Shown: positions 1-10,287 of the stretch, one piece after another
How the letters are laid out: each line of letters starts with the position of its first letter
Numbering within the stretch: position 1 is the stretch's first letter
DNA from: an uncultured delta proteobacterium
GTDB taxonomy: Bacteria > Myxococcota_A > Polyangia > Polyangiales > Polyangiaceae
Assembly: GCA_963806225.1 (NCBI GenBank)
Contig: CAWDXG010000001.1
Span: 544,001 to 608,000 of the forward strand
Direction: 5' to 3'
Length of the DNA: 64,000 bases
Program-made: the position numbers and the translations under genes
The notes under the pieces: generated by a model
What the model was told of the DNA's origin: nothing
Seen by the model: only the letters and a program-made list of their open reading frames with translations
The model's database searches: none

Positions 1-1
1 C

Positions 2-1135
2 TTCGGCTACGTGTTCTGGTTCCTCGAACCGATGAACATCATTGCGCGCATCCGCAGCGAGGCGGTGAAGACCGCCGCCTCCGGAACCATCGCCAAGGAT
101 TCCGGAGACATCGCCGACGCCCAGGCCGCGACGCTGACGGCCATGGAGGAGCTGACCGACATCACGAGCAACTCCATCTCCGGCAAGGACAAGATCATTG
201 CCAGCGGCGCGGTCGATGCGCTGAAGGACTTCGCGCTCGAGTACCTCAAGGCCAAGCCGCAAGCATCGAGCAGCTGGTTCGATATCGGGGGCAGCATCCG
301 CGAAAACCCGGATTTCGTCGCGATGGATCCGGAGAGCCTGGAGGACCTCGAACAGCGCCGGACCTGGGTCGAATGGAAGGTGATGCGGCAGTACCTCGGC
401 ATCTACAACGAGGCACTCGCCCAGATGCGCGACATCGACTACCTCATCGCGATCGACACGCGCTACATCGGCGAGGCCGCGGGCGAGGCGCGGGATGCCG
501 AGCTCATCCAGCTGGTGTTCCGCTTCATGAACTCCTACCTGCGCGCCACGCTCAACGCCCGCGATGTCCGGACCGCCTACAATGTCCTGAACCAGTACCG
601 ATTGCTGGTGGAGGCCATGCTCCGGCAGGGCAACGGTGCGGCTGCCGTCGAGGGCGTCAAGCACATGAACTACTACGGGCACGTCAGCTTCGACATGAAG
701 CTCACGTTCGTGACCGAGACCGTCGCCTACAACGTCTCCGCCCTGTGCCAGTACGCCCACGAGCTCGGCGCGCCCGAGGAAGACAAGATGCTGAAGTTCT
801 TCCTCGAGCTGGATCGCCCCCTCAGGGTCCGCAGCCAGGAAAAGGCGCTGCTCGGTGTGCGCAAGGCGCAGGTCAAGCTCGCAGCGTACTATCTCGCCCA
901 CGACGAGGAGAAGAAGGCGCGCATGATCTCCGAGGACATGGAGAACGAGCCCGCCGAGCGGCTGTTGGCGATCCGCGAGGCGCTGGAGCACGTCACCAGC
1001 AAGGATTTCTGGGAGATCATCGACCGCGGACGCAACTTCGAGTACATGCCGCCGCGCCAGCGCGAGATGCTCGCCGTCTTCTTCGACTGGCTGGGCGTAG
1101 GCACGCCCGTGCCGAAGGCTTCCGCCGCGTCCTGA
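2..1135 (+). CDS. Hypothetical protein, 5'-partial (possibly the C-terminal part of a DUF2254-like membrane protein)
   Basis: Frame is open from the window edge to TGA at 1133-1135 with GC3-rich codons; helical soluble domain after a hydrophobic stretch. Family assignment is tentative. Confidence 0.75.
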   Translation, partial: FGYVFWFLEPMNIIARIRSEAVKTAASGTIAKDSGDIADAQAATLTAMEELTDITSNSISGKDKIIASGAVDALKDFALEYLKAKPQASSSWFDIGGSIRENPDFVAMDPESLEDLEQRRTWVEWKVMRQYLGIYNEALAQMRDIDYLIAIDTRYIGEAAGEARDAELIQLVFRFMNSYLRATLNARDVRTAYNVLNQYRLLVEAMLRQGNGAAAVEGVKHMNYYGHVSFDMKLTFVTETVAYNVSALCQYAHELGAPEEDKMLKFFLELDRPLRVRSQEKALLGVRKAQVKLAAYYLAHDEEKKARMISEDMENEPAERLLAIREALEHVTSKDFWEIIDRGRNFEYMPPRQREMLAVFFDWLGVGTPVPKASAAS

Positions 1136-1157
1136 TTGCCGCTGCCGGGCGGGGCGC

Positions 1158-2174
1158 CTACTCGGGACGTGTCCCGACGACGACCATCTCGTTGCCGTGG
1201 GCAAAGGTGTACGGCTCGGCGCGCATGCCGAACTTGACGAACTCGGCGGCGATCTGGTCCGGGCGCAGGAAGTGGTTGCCCTGGACATGCTCGTTGAGGT
1301 TCTGCAGAGCCATGCCGCGGCGCGACGGATCCCTGAGCTCGGCACGGCGGTCGGGCCAGCGCGGCTCCCAGATCACCGCCGAACCACCGGGCGCGAGGTG
1401 GTCGCGCAGGATGCGGAACACGCGGTCGCGTGTTGCCCAGACGTGGTGCAGAGCGCGGTTCATCGCGATGACCTGGGCGGGCTCCTCGACGCTGAAGTGG
1501 TTGATGTCCCCGGCGTAGAAAGTGAGCCGGTCGGCGACGCCGTCCCGCTCGGCCAGCTTCTTGGCCTGCTCCACGTTCGAGGAAAAGCCGTCGAGGCCGA
1601 TGCCGCGCAGGTTGGGGTAGCGCTTCGCCAGATGGCGCAGGTACCAGCCGTTGCCCGAGCCGAGATCGACGACCAGCCCGCGGCGGCAATCGGCTTCGGC
1701 GTACACGGGCAGTGCCGGCGCGATCTGCTCGTCGAACAGCGGTCCAAACGTCGCTTCCAGCATCGGACCGAACCAGGGCAGGATGTTCTCCTTCTCGGCC
1801 AACACCTGTTCGCCGGGGCGTTCACCCGTCTCCAGCAAGCCGACGACGCGATCGGCCATGTGCGCGACCAGCGCCGACTGCACCGCGAACGGCATCAGCG
1901 TGCCCTCCGCGTCGGGACAGAACCGCCGACCGCGCTCCGTGAGGATGAAGCTACCGCTCTCGTCGTCGAGGTAGTCGAAAGCGTAGGCGGCGTCGCACCA
2001 GCGCTCCACATACGCGCGGTCCAGCTCTGCGGCCCGGGCGAGCTGCTCCGGCGTGGCCTTTCCGAGCTCGTCGAGCTTCGCCAGGAGCCCGCTGCTCACG
2101 CCGATGAAGGCGATCTGGAGCGAGGCCGCGCCGGCCGCCTGGGTCATGACCTCTTTCCGGATGTCGTCTGTCAT
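1158..2174 (-). CDS. Class I SAM-dependent methyltransferase with N-terminal winged helix
   Basis: VVDLGSGNG SAM-binding motif, HHV motif, LAPGG motif. Confidence 0.9.
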   Translation of the reverse strand: MTDDIRKEVMTQAAGAASLQIAFIGVSSGLLAKLDELGKATPEQLARAAELDRAYVERWCDAAYAFDYLDDESGSFILTERGRRFCPDAEGTLMPFAVQSALVAHMADRVVGLLETGERPGEQVLAEKENILPWFGPMLEATFGPLFDEQIAPALPVYAEADCRRGLVVDLGSGNGWYLRHLAKRYPNLRGIGLDGFSSNVEQAKKLAERDGVADRLTFYAGDINHFSVEEPAQVIAMNRALHHVWATRDRVFRILRDHLAPGGSAVIWEPRWPDRRAELRDPSRRGMALQNLNEHVQGNHFLRPDQIAAEFVKFGMRAEPYTFAHGNEMVVVGTRPE

Positions 2175-2253
2175 GCGTCCTCTTCCTGCCGTAGCGTGAA
2201 GGCGCCGTCGGTCCGGCGCCAGCCGTTTCGGAGCAGCGTCGGCGGGCTTGCCG

Positions 2254-4032
2254 TCACGACGTGCGGTTTCCGGAGTCCGCTTCGTCGCCGGAGCCAGCTC
2301 TCTTCACGGGATTGTCCCCGGTCCTGCCCGCCGGGCCCGACCCCGCGCCGGGATCGCCGAACAGGTGCCGGATCTGCTCCTTCGCCTTGTCCGCGGCGGC
2401 CACGACGATCCGGTCGCCCGGTTCGAGCTTCGTGTCGCCGTGTACGGCGACCATGGAACGATCGCGCAGGATGCTGACGATGATGGTGTCGTCGGGCAGC
2501 GGGATGTCGCGGATCGCCTTGCGCGCCGCGGCCGCCTTCGGCGAGATGCGCACGTTGTAGAGCGACTGCGTCGTGCCAGGAAGCGGAACCGAGTGCCCGC
2601 TCGACAGGCGTTCGGCGACCTCCTGCATCATGACGTCGTCGGCAAGGTGGAAGCGATGCTGCCTGAGCAGCGAGAGCGTGGTCCGGTAGTACTCCTCGTG
2701 ATGCACGGGGCTGTCGGCCGGCGACGGTACCTGCGCTTCGTACAGGCTCGGATATTTCGCCCGGCTGGTGAGCGCCTGCTGCAGCAACACCGCGGGGACG
2801 ACCGCCACCATGGTCGGCACGATCAGACCGTAGCCGCCGGTCATCTCGACCACCATCACCAACGTGGCCAGCGGCACGCGCGCCGCGGCACCGAACATGG
2901 CGGCCATGCCGACCACGGCGAAGGCCTGCGGCGGCACGCCGTGCGCCAAGCCGCCGAGCCCCACGGCGATCGCCCCGCCGAGCATGGCGCCCACGTACAG
3001 CGTGGGAGCGAACACGCCGCCGGAGCCGCCGGAGCCGACACTGAGCGACAGCGCCGGGAGCTTGGCCAGCGCGAGCCCCAACATCAAGAAGAACGGAAGG
3101 TGCCCGTCGATGGCGAGCTGCATCCAGCCGTAGCCGCCGCCCAGCACCTGCGGCAGGAACATCGCCGGCACGCCCAGCATGAGGCCGCCGAGGGCTGGCT
3201 TCAGGTGGCGTGGAATGGGGATTTTCTTGAACAGATCGCGCGTGCCGTAGAACACGGTCGGAAGCAGCGCGCCGATCCCGCCGCACGCGACGCCGAGCGC
3301 TCCGTACCAGAGCAGATGGACGGGGTTATTGAACTCGAGGCGCGCCGGCAGCGCGAACAGCGGTGCCCAGCCGTCGAACATGCCGTTGAGCCCGTACGCC
3401 ACGGCAGCGGCGACGATCGCGAAGCTCAGGACGGTTTCCTCGAACGCCAGCCCGCCATACAGGATTTCCACCGCGAAGATGGCAGTGCCGAGCGGGCTCT
3501 TGAAGATCGCGGACAGGCCGGCGGCCATGCCGATCAGGGTGAGATAGCGGCGTTCGTCGTCGGTGACCTTCAGCAGATCGCCGACGAGGGCGCCGACGCC
3601 CGCGGCGATCTGGGCGGTCGGGCCTTCGCGCCCGGCGGAGCCGCCCGAGCCGATCGTGATCGCGCTCGCGATCGACTTGACGACCGGAACACGCGCCCGG
3701 ATGCGCCCTCTTTCGCGGTGGTAGGCGCGCACCACGGCGTCCGTGCCGTGCCCCTCCGCTTCGGGCGCGAACGTGTAGACCAGGAGGCCAGCCAGCAGTC
3801 CTCCGAGGGTGGTGACGACCGGTATCCACCAGTCGAGGCCGGTCGCCAAGGGGGGGCCGGACGCGCCCGCGACGCTTTGGGGCGTTGGCGGCGTGAAATG
3901 ACCGACGCCCGTGAGCAGGAGGTGCTGCGCGACGTTCAGCATCCACTCGAACAGCTGGGCTCCCAGCGCGCCGACGACGCCCAGCACCACGCTCAAGATC
4001 AACAGTCTGGCGTTGCGATTGAGTCGGGGCAT
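2254..4032 (-). CDS. ClC-family chloride channel/antiporter with C-terminal TrkA-C (RCK_C) domain
   Basis: GHGTD, GSAGREGP and GGVFAPTL motifs; many TM helices; C-terminal IVSILR...HGDTKLEPGDRIVV. Start set at MPRLNR. Confidence 0.9.
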   Translation of the reverse strand: MPRLNRNARLLILSVVLGVVGALGAQLFEWMLNVAQHLLLTGVGHFTPPTPQSVAGASGPPLATGLDWWIPVVTTLGGLLAGLLVYTFAPEAEGHGTDAVVRAYHRERGRIRARVPVVKSIASAITIGSGGSAGREGPTAQIAAGVGALVGDLLKVTDDERRYLTLIGMAAGLSAIFKSPLGTAIFAVEILYGGLAFEETVLSFAIVAAAVAYGLNGMFDGWAPLFALPARLEFNNPVHLLWYGALGVACGGIGALLPTVFYGTRDLFKKIPIPRHLKPALGGLMLGVPAMFLPQVLGGGYGWMQLAIDGHLPFFLMLGLALAKLPALSLSVGSGGSGGVFAPTLYVGAMLGGAIAVGLGGLAHGVPPQAFAVVGMAAMFGAAARVPLATLVMVVEMTGGYGLIVPTMVAVVPAVLLQQALTSRAKYPSLYEAQVPSPADSPVHHEEYYRTTLSLLRQHRFHLADDVMMQEVAERLSSGHSVPLPGTTQSLYNVRISPKAAAARKAIRDIPLPDDTIIVSILRDRSMVAVHGDTKLEPGDRIVVAAADKAKEQIRHLFGDPGAGSGPAGRTGDNPVKRAGSGDEADSGNRTS

Positions 4033-4289
4033 GCAGCGTTCTGCGGTGACTTCTGGCTCTGGCGTGTGGTGCGCGCGGGGCCTGGCGCTCGTCCCCCGGC
4101 AGCGCCTCGTCGCACGCCGGAAGCAACATAGGCACCTGTTCCGGCGGTCGCAACGCGGGCCGCGGGGCTGCACAGTTCCAGCAGGAATGAAGCCAGAACG
4201 GCGTGCGTTGACGCATGTCCAGGGGCGGCAGGGTTTCGAGGCCGCGAGCGGTTCCACAACGCCGGGCGATGATCTAGCGTCCCCGCACC

Positions 4290-6332
4290 ATGAAGCTCCG
4301 CACCCGATCCGCCGTCCTGACGCTACCCCTGGCCGCCGCCCTGCTCGTGGGCTGTCGCTCGCCCGAGCCGCCCGCCGCGCCGCCGGCAACGCCCGCGCCC
4401 ACCGCCAGTGCGACGCCTGCTGCGGCGCCGGCCGAAGGCAAGCACTCCGACCTACCGCGGCTGCGCTTCAACCAGCTGGCGATGCGGCTGAACCTGCCGC
4501 TCTTCTGGGCGTCGGACACGAACAAGAACGGGTCGGTGGATCCGGACGAAGCGCGGGCGCTGCTCTTCTACCCGACCCAGGGACACTGGGTGGAGGCGGG
4601 CAAGTTCACGCCGGACTTCGAGAAGGCGTACGCGGCGATCGTCGAGGCGTCCAAGGCGCCGCCGCCCACCGGGACGCCCGCGGAGGTGGCGCGTCGCAAG
4701 GCCGTCCGCGAGGAGTTCGACCAGATTTCGCCGACCCTCGTCCGCACCGATTTGAGTGGCCTGCCGGCGGCGCAGCACAAGATGGTCGAGCACGTACTGG
4801 CAGCGACGCGCGACATCGACATGCTGTATTCGATCCAGACCGGTGAGCGGGCGCTGAAAGACAAGGTGCCGAAGGACGAGCCTGCCAGCCGGAGCCTGAT
4901 GCGCCGCAACTGGGGACCCCGCTGCAAGGCGCCCAGCACCGAGAAGAACCCGGCCTGCTCGGCTATTCCGGGCGCGCCCAAGCCCGCGGTGGACGTGTAT
5001 CCGGCCGACATGCAGAAGGACGACGGCTTCTGCAAGAAGCTGGAGAAGAACCCCCACGCGAAGAAGCTGCTCACGCCGTTCTCGGTGGTGCAGGAGAAGG
5101 GCAAGAAGCTCACGGCCGTGCCGTACTCCAAGGCCTATGCGAAGTGGATGGGCAAGGTTACAGACGAGCTGACGGCGGCCGCCGACGCCATCAAGGGCTC
5201 CGACGAAGCGCCGCTGGAGGCGTATCTGCGCGCGGCGGCCCAGAGCTTCAAGGACAACAACTGGGAGCCGGCGGATGAAGCCTGGTCGAAGATGACGGCG
5301 CAGAACTCCCAATGGTACCTGCGCGTCGCGCCCGACGAGGTGTACTGGGAGCCGTGCAGCCACAAGGCGGGCTTCCATCTGACCTTTGCGAAGATCAACA
5401 AGGCTTCGCTCAAGTGGCAGAAGAAGCTGACGCCGCTGCAGCAGGACATGGAAGACTCGATCGCGAAGCTCGTCGGTGGCGCGTACAAGCCGCGGAAGGT
5501 CACCTTCCACCTGCCGGACTTCATCGACATCGTCATCAACGCCGGCGACGATCGCGATCCCTTCGGCGCGACCATCGGCCAGAGCTTGCCGAACTGGGGC
5601 AAGGTCGTCGCCCAGGGGCGCGGCCGCACGGTTGCAATGAGCAACCTGTATGCGGATCCCGACAGCCTCGCGATGCGTCACGCCGAGGATTCCTCGCTGC
5701 TCGATGCGACCACGATCAAGGAGCTCGCCGACGAGCCCACGCCCAGCCTGCTCAGCACGATCCTGCACGAGGCCACGCACAACCTCGGCCCCGCGCACGA
5801 GTACAAGTACCGCGGCAAGACGGCCTCCCAGGCGTTCGGCGGCGAAATGGCCAGCATGCTCGAGGAGCTGAAGGCGCAGAGCGGCGCGCTCTACTTCATC
5901 GACTACATCCAGAAGAAGGGCATCATCTCCCCCGAGCTCGCGAAGCAGACCTATCTGGACTCGATCACATGGTGTTTCGGCCACATCTCCCGCGGGATGT
6001 ACACGCCGGACGGGCACCGCAAGGCCTACAGCCAGCTCGCCGCGATCCAGATCGGCTACCTGATGGACCAGGGTGCGATCCACTGGAACGCCCAGGCGAA
6101 GGCCGCCGACGGCAAGGACACGGGCGCGTTCGTGGTCGAATTCGACAAGCTCCCCGCCGCCACCACCAAGCTGATGAAGCTGGTGGCCACCATCAAGGCG
6201 AAGAACGACAAGAAGGGCGCCGAGGCGCTGGCGAAGAAGTACGTCGACGGCAAGGTCGTTCCCCAGGCGGTCATCGCCAAACGCTTCCTGCGCTTCCCGA
6301 AGACGAGCTTCGTCTATTCGATCGACCTATAG
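4290..6332 (+). CDS. Secreted lipoprotein, M49 (dipeptidyl-peptidase III-like) zinc peptidase
   Basis: Lipobox LVGC; ILHEATHNLG plus downstream LEELKA; GQSLPN motif. Confidence 0.75.
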   Translation: MKLRTRSAVLTLPLAAALLVGCRSPEPPAAPPATPAPTASATPAAAPAEGKHSDLPRLRFNQLAMRLNLPLFWASDTNKNGSVDPDEARALLFYPTQGHWVEAGKFTPDFEKAYAAIVEASKAPPPTGTPAEVARRKAVREEFDQISPTLVRTDLSGLPAAQHKMVEHVLAATRDIDMLYSIQTGERALKDKVPKDEPASRSLMRRNWGPRCKAPSTEKNPACSAIPGAPKPAVDVYPADMQKDDGFCKKLEKNPHAKKLLTPFSVVQEKGKKLTAVPYSKAYAKWMGKVTDELTAAADAIKGSDEAPLEAYLRAAAQSFKDNNWEPADEAWSKMTAQNSQWYLRVAPDEVYWEPCSHKAGFHLTFAKINKASLKWQKKLTPLQQDMEDSIAKLVGGAYKPRKVTFHLPDFIDIVINAGDDRDPFGATIGQSLPNWGKVVAQGRGRTVAMSNLYADPDSLAMRHAEDSSLLDATTIKELADEPTPSLLSTILHEATHNLGPAHEYKYRGKTASQAFGGEMASMLEELKAQSGALYFIDYIQKKGIISPELAKQTYLDSITWCFGHISRGMYTPDGHRKAYSQLAAIQIGYLMDQGAIHWNAQAKAADGKDTGAFVVEFDKLPAATTKLMKLVATIKAKNDKKGAEALAKKYVDGKVVPQAVIAKRFLRFPKTSFVYSIDL

Positions 6333-6388
6333 AAAAGCGCGCGGGTTGTCTTCGGGAGCAGCCGGCAGCGGCGGCTCCGCTGCGTAGC

Positions 6389-7199
6389 CTATCCGAGCAG
6401 GCCGCGGCGCGAGCCGATGCGGACCAGACGGAAATAGCCGGTGGGCATGGCGCGTTTGAGCCGCCAGAACCAGCGTCCGCTGGCGTGGGGCACGGAGTAG
6501 AGCTCGCCGCGCTCGACGGCGTCCAGAGCCATGGTGGCCACTTCCGGAGCCTGCACCTTGGTGCGCCCCATCACTTTCTCGATGAAGCCGCGCCGGCTTT
6601 CGTCGACGCCGCTGCCGCGAGCGGATGCGGCGATGTTCGTCTTGAAGAACATCGGGCAGAGCACCGTGACCGAGACGCCACTTCCGGCCAGCTCTGTGCT
6701 CAGCGCTTCCGAGAGTGCGACGACGCCCGTCTTGGTCACATTGTAGGGCGAGAGATCCGGAGCCGGGAGCAGGCCCGCCGCCGAAGCGACGTTCAGGATC
6801 GCGCCGTGTCCCTGCTTCCGGAAGCGCGGCACGAAGTAGTGACAGCCGTGGATCACCCCCCACAGGTTGATCCCCATGATCCATTGCCAGTCATCGAGTG
6901 GCACCTCACCGACTGGCCCTGCCACGGCGACGCCGGCGTTGTTCGCCACGAAATCGACTCCGCCGAGCAGCTCTTCGCTCCGGTCGGCCAATGCCGCCAC
7001 CGACTCCGCCTTCGAGAACGTCGCATTCGACGGCGTGGGCTCCTTTGCCGATCTCGTCTGCGGTCCGCTGCGCGGCTTGCAGATCGATGTCGGAGACGAC
7101 GACCTGCGCTCCGCGCCGCGACAGCTCGAGGCACAGCGTGCGGCCCAGCCCGCTGCCACCGCCGGTGACGACGGCACGGGTGTTCTTCGAGATCTTCAT
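6389..7199 (-). CDS. SDR-family oxidoreductase (one frameshift near 7017)
   Basis: TGGGSGLG in one frame; NNAG and YNVTK in the next; removing one base joins them. Confidence 0.85.
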
Positions 7200-7231
7200 G
7201 TCGGCTGGTGTTGTTCGTGCGGTGCGCGGGG

Positions 7232-8059
7232 TCAAGCGCCTATCTGCTGACCGACGCTTTCGAGATAGGCCTGCGCCAGGCGGAGGTTGTCGTTGTCCCA
7301 GGGGTGGAAGTCGCGGCGCAGGTACTCGCGGATGCCTCTGAGGAAGACCTTCTTGCCGATGGGATTGTCGCCGCCGAGCCGCTTGAGCTCGCGGCGCGCG
7401 TTCTTTCCCGACACGCCGTCCTGTTCGAGCAGCATGCGCGTGCCGGCTGCCCAGAACGACGCCAGCATGATTGACGCCATGGCGAGCCCCGCGACGCGCA
7501 GGGCGTAGCTCGGGTTCACCTTCTGCAGCACGTCGAACGCCACGGCCTTGTGCTCGATCTCCTCGCAGGCGTGCCAGAGCAACAGCTGACGGACGACGGG
7601 GTGCGCCTGGTCGAGCGGACCGTCGCGTAGGGCGTTGTCCGCCATGATGGCCGTGAAGTGCTCGGCCGCGGCAGTGCCGGCGAGGTTCATCGCCGGGGGC
7701 ATGAGCCTTTCCACCACGCCGTAGGCGAAGCGCTCGTAGCGCTGGAGGAAGGGGCGGATCCGGTAGCCCTGTGCCTCGAGCACCGCGAACATCCGCTCGT
7801 GCTCGTGGGCGTGCCGCCCTTCCTGCCCGAAGAAGCCCTTGATCTGCTTTCTCAGCTCCGGATCGTCGATGCGGTCCTGGTAGTGCCGCACGCTGCGGAT
7901 GAAGTAGCGTTCGCCCGCGGGAAACAGCAGGCAGACCCCGTTGGCAACGTGCGTCGCGACCGCGTTGTCGGCGAGCCAGCGCTTCGGGATCGAGTCGTCG
8001 AAGGGGAAGTCCATGCGCCGCGGCTGGATTGCCGGGCGCTCCGTCTGGGTCTGGGGCAT
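7232..8059 (-). CDS. Predicted metal-dependent hydrolase
   Basis: FPAGERYF, QEGRHAHEH, EHFTA and WHACEEIEHK motifs. Confidence 0.85.
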   Translation of the reverse strand: MPQTQTERPAIQPRRMDFPFDDSIPKRWLADNAVATHVANGVCLLFPAGERYFIRSVRHYQDRIDDPELRKQIKGFFGQEGRHAHEHERMFAVLEAQGYRIRPFLQRYERFAYGVVERLMPPAMNLAGTAAAEHFTAIMADNALRDGPLDQAHPVVRQLLLWHACEEIEHKAVAFDVLQKVNPSYALRVAGLAMASIMLASFWAAGTRMLLEQDGVSGKNARRELKRLGGDNPIGKKVFLRGIREYLRRDFHPWDNDNLRLAQAYLESVGQQIGA

Positions 8060-8074
8060 CGGGCACCTCGCGCT

Positions 8075-8148
8075 TGTTGAACCATGTTCAACAGCTATTG
8101 AACCAAAGTCAATAGCACCGTGGGGCGCTATTGAACAGAAGTCAATAG
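8075..8148. promoter_or_regulatory. Three palindromic operator copies, probably bound by the adjacent TetR regulator
   Basis: TGTTGAAC-CAT-GTTCAACA (8075-8093), GCTATTGA-N7-TCAATAGC (8094-8116) and CTATTGA-N7-TCAATAG (8128-8148) in an AT-rich divergent intergenic region. Confidence 0.8.
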
Positions 8149-8165
8149 GGGGGTAGGGTGATTCC

Positions 8166-8771
8166 GTGAGCGCCCCGGTGAGCGAGCCGCGCAGCCGGCT
8201 GCAGGTGGACGAGCGGCGCGCCCAGCTGCTCTCGCTAGGCATGGAGCTGTTTTCCAGCCACAGCTTCGACGAGCTGTCGGTGGACGACATCTCGCGCGCC
8301 GCCGGCATCAGCAAGGGCCTCATCTACCACTACTTCGAGAGCAAGCGCGGCTTCTACGTCGCCTGCATCCGGGCGTCGGCCGAGCAGCTGCGGGCGCGGA
8401 CCGACCTCGCCGCCGCCGACAATCCGCTCGACCAGCTTCGCGCCGGGCTCGACGCCTACCTCGGCTACGTCGAGGTCCATGCGCACGCCTACGTGACGCT
8501 GTTCCGCGGCGGCATCGGCTTCGATCCCGAGGTCGGACAGATCGTCGAGGAAACGCGGCAGCACTTCGTCCAGCGCATGCTCGAGAAGCTCGATCCCGGG
8601 GCGGCGAAGCTGCCGCGCGTCCGCAACGCCCTGCGCGGCTACGTGGGCTTCGTGGAGGCCGCCGCCATGGACTGGGCGGACCACCACGATGTCGACCGCG
8701 ACCGGTTGCTCGAACTGCTTGTGACGATGGCGGAGCAGACCGTACGGTCTGTGGGTGCGGCGCCGGAGTAG
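8166..8771 (+). CDS. TetR/AcrR-family transcriptional regulator
   Basis: HTH SVDDISRAAGISKGLIYHYFESK. Confidence 0.95.
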   Translation: MSAPVSEPRSRLQVDERRAQLLSLGMELFSSHSFDELSVDDISRAAGISKGLIYHYFESKRGFYVACIRASAEQLRARTDLAAADNPLDQLRAGLDAYLGYVEVHAHAYVTLFRGGIGFDPEVGQIVEETRQHFVQRMLEKLDPGAAKLPRVRNALRGYVGFVEAAAMDWADHHDVDRDRLLELLVTMAEQTVRSVGAAPE

Positions 8772-9588
8772 CTCGCTTCTTCTCGTGCTCGCCCTTGTGC
8801 CCGGCGTCGCCCACGCCGAGCCCGGAGCGCGCCCGACGCCGACGCCCTTCGACGGCCTGGGCGACAACGTACTTTACGCCTTTTCGGGGTCGCGGCTGCT
8901 GTTTTCCGCAGCGGCGGTGGCTGCCACGGGTGGGCTGGCTTTCTCGGGCGAGGACCACGCGCTGCGCGCCGCAGTGCAGCGCCAGATCGCGTCGCCTGCG
9001 TGGGGCGACACCGCGTACTACGGCGGCTACATCGCCCCGGCCGTGGTGGCGCCCGGGCTGTACGTGATCGGGCTGGCGTCGCGCGACCGCGAGACGACGG
9101 GTGCGGGGGCCGCGGCGCTGCAGGCGCTGGTCGTCACGCTGGGCGTGACGGGCGTGCTCAAGGTCGCCACCGGTCGCCCCTATCCTCTGCATGGTGGCGA
9201 CCCGTCCGCGCCCGACCGCCTCGATCATCCGGAATATGCTCGCGAGTTCCACCCGTTCCGGCTGAAGCTGGCCGACGTGTCCTGGCCGTCCGGTCACACC
9301 TCCGCCAGCGTGTCCATCGCCGCGGCACTCGCCGCGTACTACTCCGACGAGCCGTGGGTCGCGCTGGTCGGCTACCCGCTCGCTCTCGGCATCGGTTTCG
9401 GGATGGTCGATGGCGACCGCCACTGGACCTCCGACGTGATCTCCGGTGCGCTCCTGGGTCATGTGATCGGCTGGAGCGTCGGGCGAGGCTTCCGCGAGAG
9501 CCTTCTGCCGGATGGATCGCGGTCGATCGTGCTGCCCCGTGGGCTGCCCGGCGGCGGCATGGAGCTCGACTGGGTCGGGCAGTTCTAG
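8755..9588 (+). CDS. PAP2-family phosphatase
   Basis: K-x4-RP, PSGH and RHWTSDV motifs; start uncertain. Confidence 0.85.
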   Translation: MRRRSSSLLLVLALVPGVAHAEPGARPTPTPFDGLGDNVLYAFSGSRLLFSAAAVAATGGLAFSGEDHALRAAVQRQIASPAWGDTAYYGGYIAPAVVAPGLYVIGLASRDRETTGAGAAALQALVVTLGVTGVLKVATGRPYPLHGGDPSAPDRLDHPEYAREFHPFRLKLADVSWPSGHTSASVSIAAALAAYYSDEPWVALVGYPLALGIGFGMVDGDRHWTSDVISGALLGHVIGWSVGRGFRESLLPDGSRSIVLPRGLPGGGMELDWVGQF

Positions 9589-9602
9589 GCGCCGGTGCGC
9601 GG

Positions 9603-10262
9603 CTACAACCCGAGCGCGCCGAGGTCCAGATCCGCGTAGCGCTTGATGACGAGGTGCGCGTCCGTGTAGCGGCTCGCGTCCATCTCTGGATCCGGCAGCG
9701 CCACCACCTGCATGCCTGCCGCGCGCGCCGCCTCGACGCCTGCGAGCGAGTCCTCGAACACCAGACAGTTGGCGGGGTCGGCGCCGAGCTCCTCCGCCGC
9801 GACAAGGAAGATGTCCGGTGCCGGTTTGAGCGCGCCCACGCGCGGGTCGTCGCCGCTGACGATGGCGCAAAATAGACCGAACCACTCGTGGCGCTCTACC
9901 TTGAGGCGCGTCAGCGCGCTCTCGCCGCTGGTCGCGACCACCATCGGCACGCCGCGCTCGTGGAGCGACCGCACCAGCGCGCTGGCTCCGGCAATCTCCT
10001 CGACTTCGGGGAACATGCGGTCGAGCAGCGGGCGGCGGCGGGCGAGGTACTCCTCTGGCTCGAGCGGCACGTCGAGGGCCTGCATCAGGTAGCGCGCGCC
10101 GTCGAGCGAGCTCCGGCCAATCATGTTGCCCTTGACCGACCAGTCGAAGACCTTGCCGAACTCGTCGAGGATGTGCTGCGTCGCGCGCGTGTAGACCGGT
10201 TCGGTGTCGAGCAGGACGCCGTCGAGATCGAAGATGACGTGTTCGGGCCGGGTGGCGAGCAT
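9603..10262 (-). CDS. HAD-superfamily phosphatase (subfamily IA)
   Basis: FDLDGVLLDTE, KPAPDIF and FEDS motifs. Confidence 0.9.
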   Translation of the reverse strand: MLATRPEHVIFDLDGVLLDTEPVYTRATQHILDEFGKVFDWSVKGNMIGRSSLDGARYLMQALDVPLEPEEYLARRRPLLDRMFPEVEEIAGASALVRSLHERGVPMVVATSGESALTRLKVERHEWFGLFCAIVSGDDPRVGALKPAPDIFLVAAEELGADPANCLVFEDSLAGVEAARAAGMQVVALPDPEMDASRYTDAHLVIKRYADLDLGALGL

Positions 10263-10287
10263 CGGACGGTGGGATATAAGGGATGTC

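Noticed and set aside
4121..4140. Sigma-54-like site upstream of the ClC gene (minus strand AGGTGCCTATGTTGCT)
   Set aside because: Spacing fits but the -24 element is poor; not enough support.
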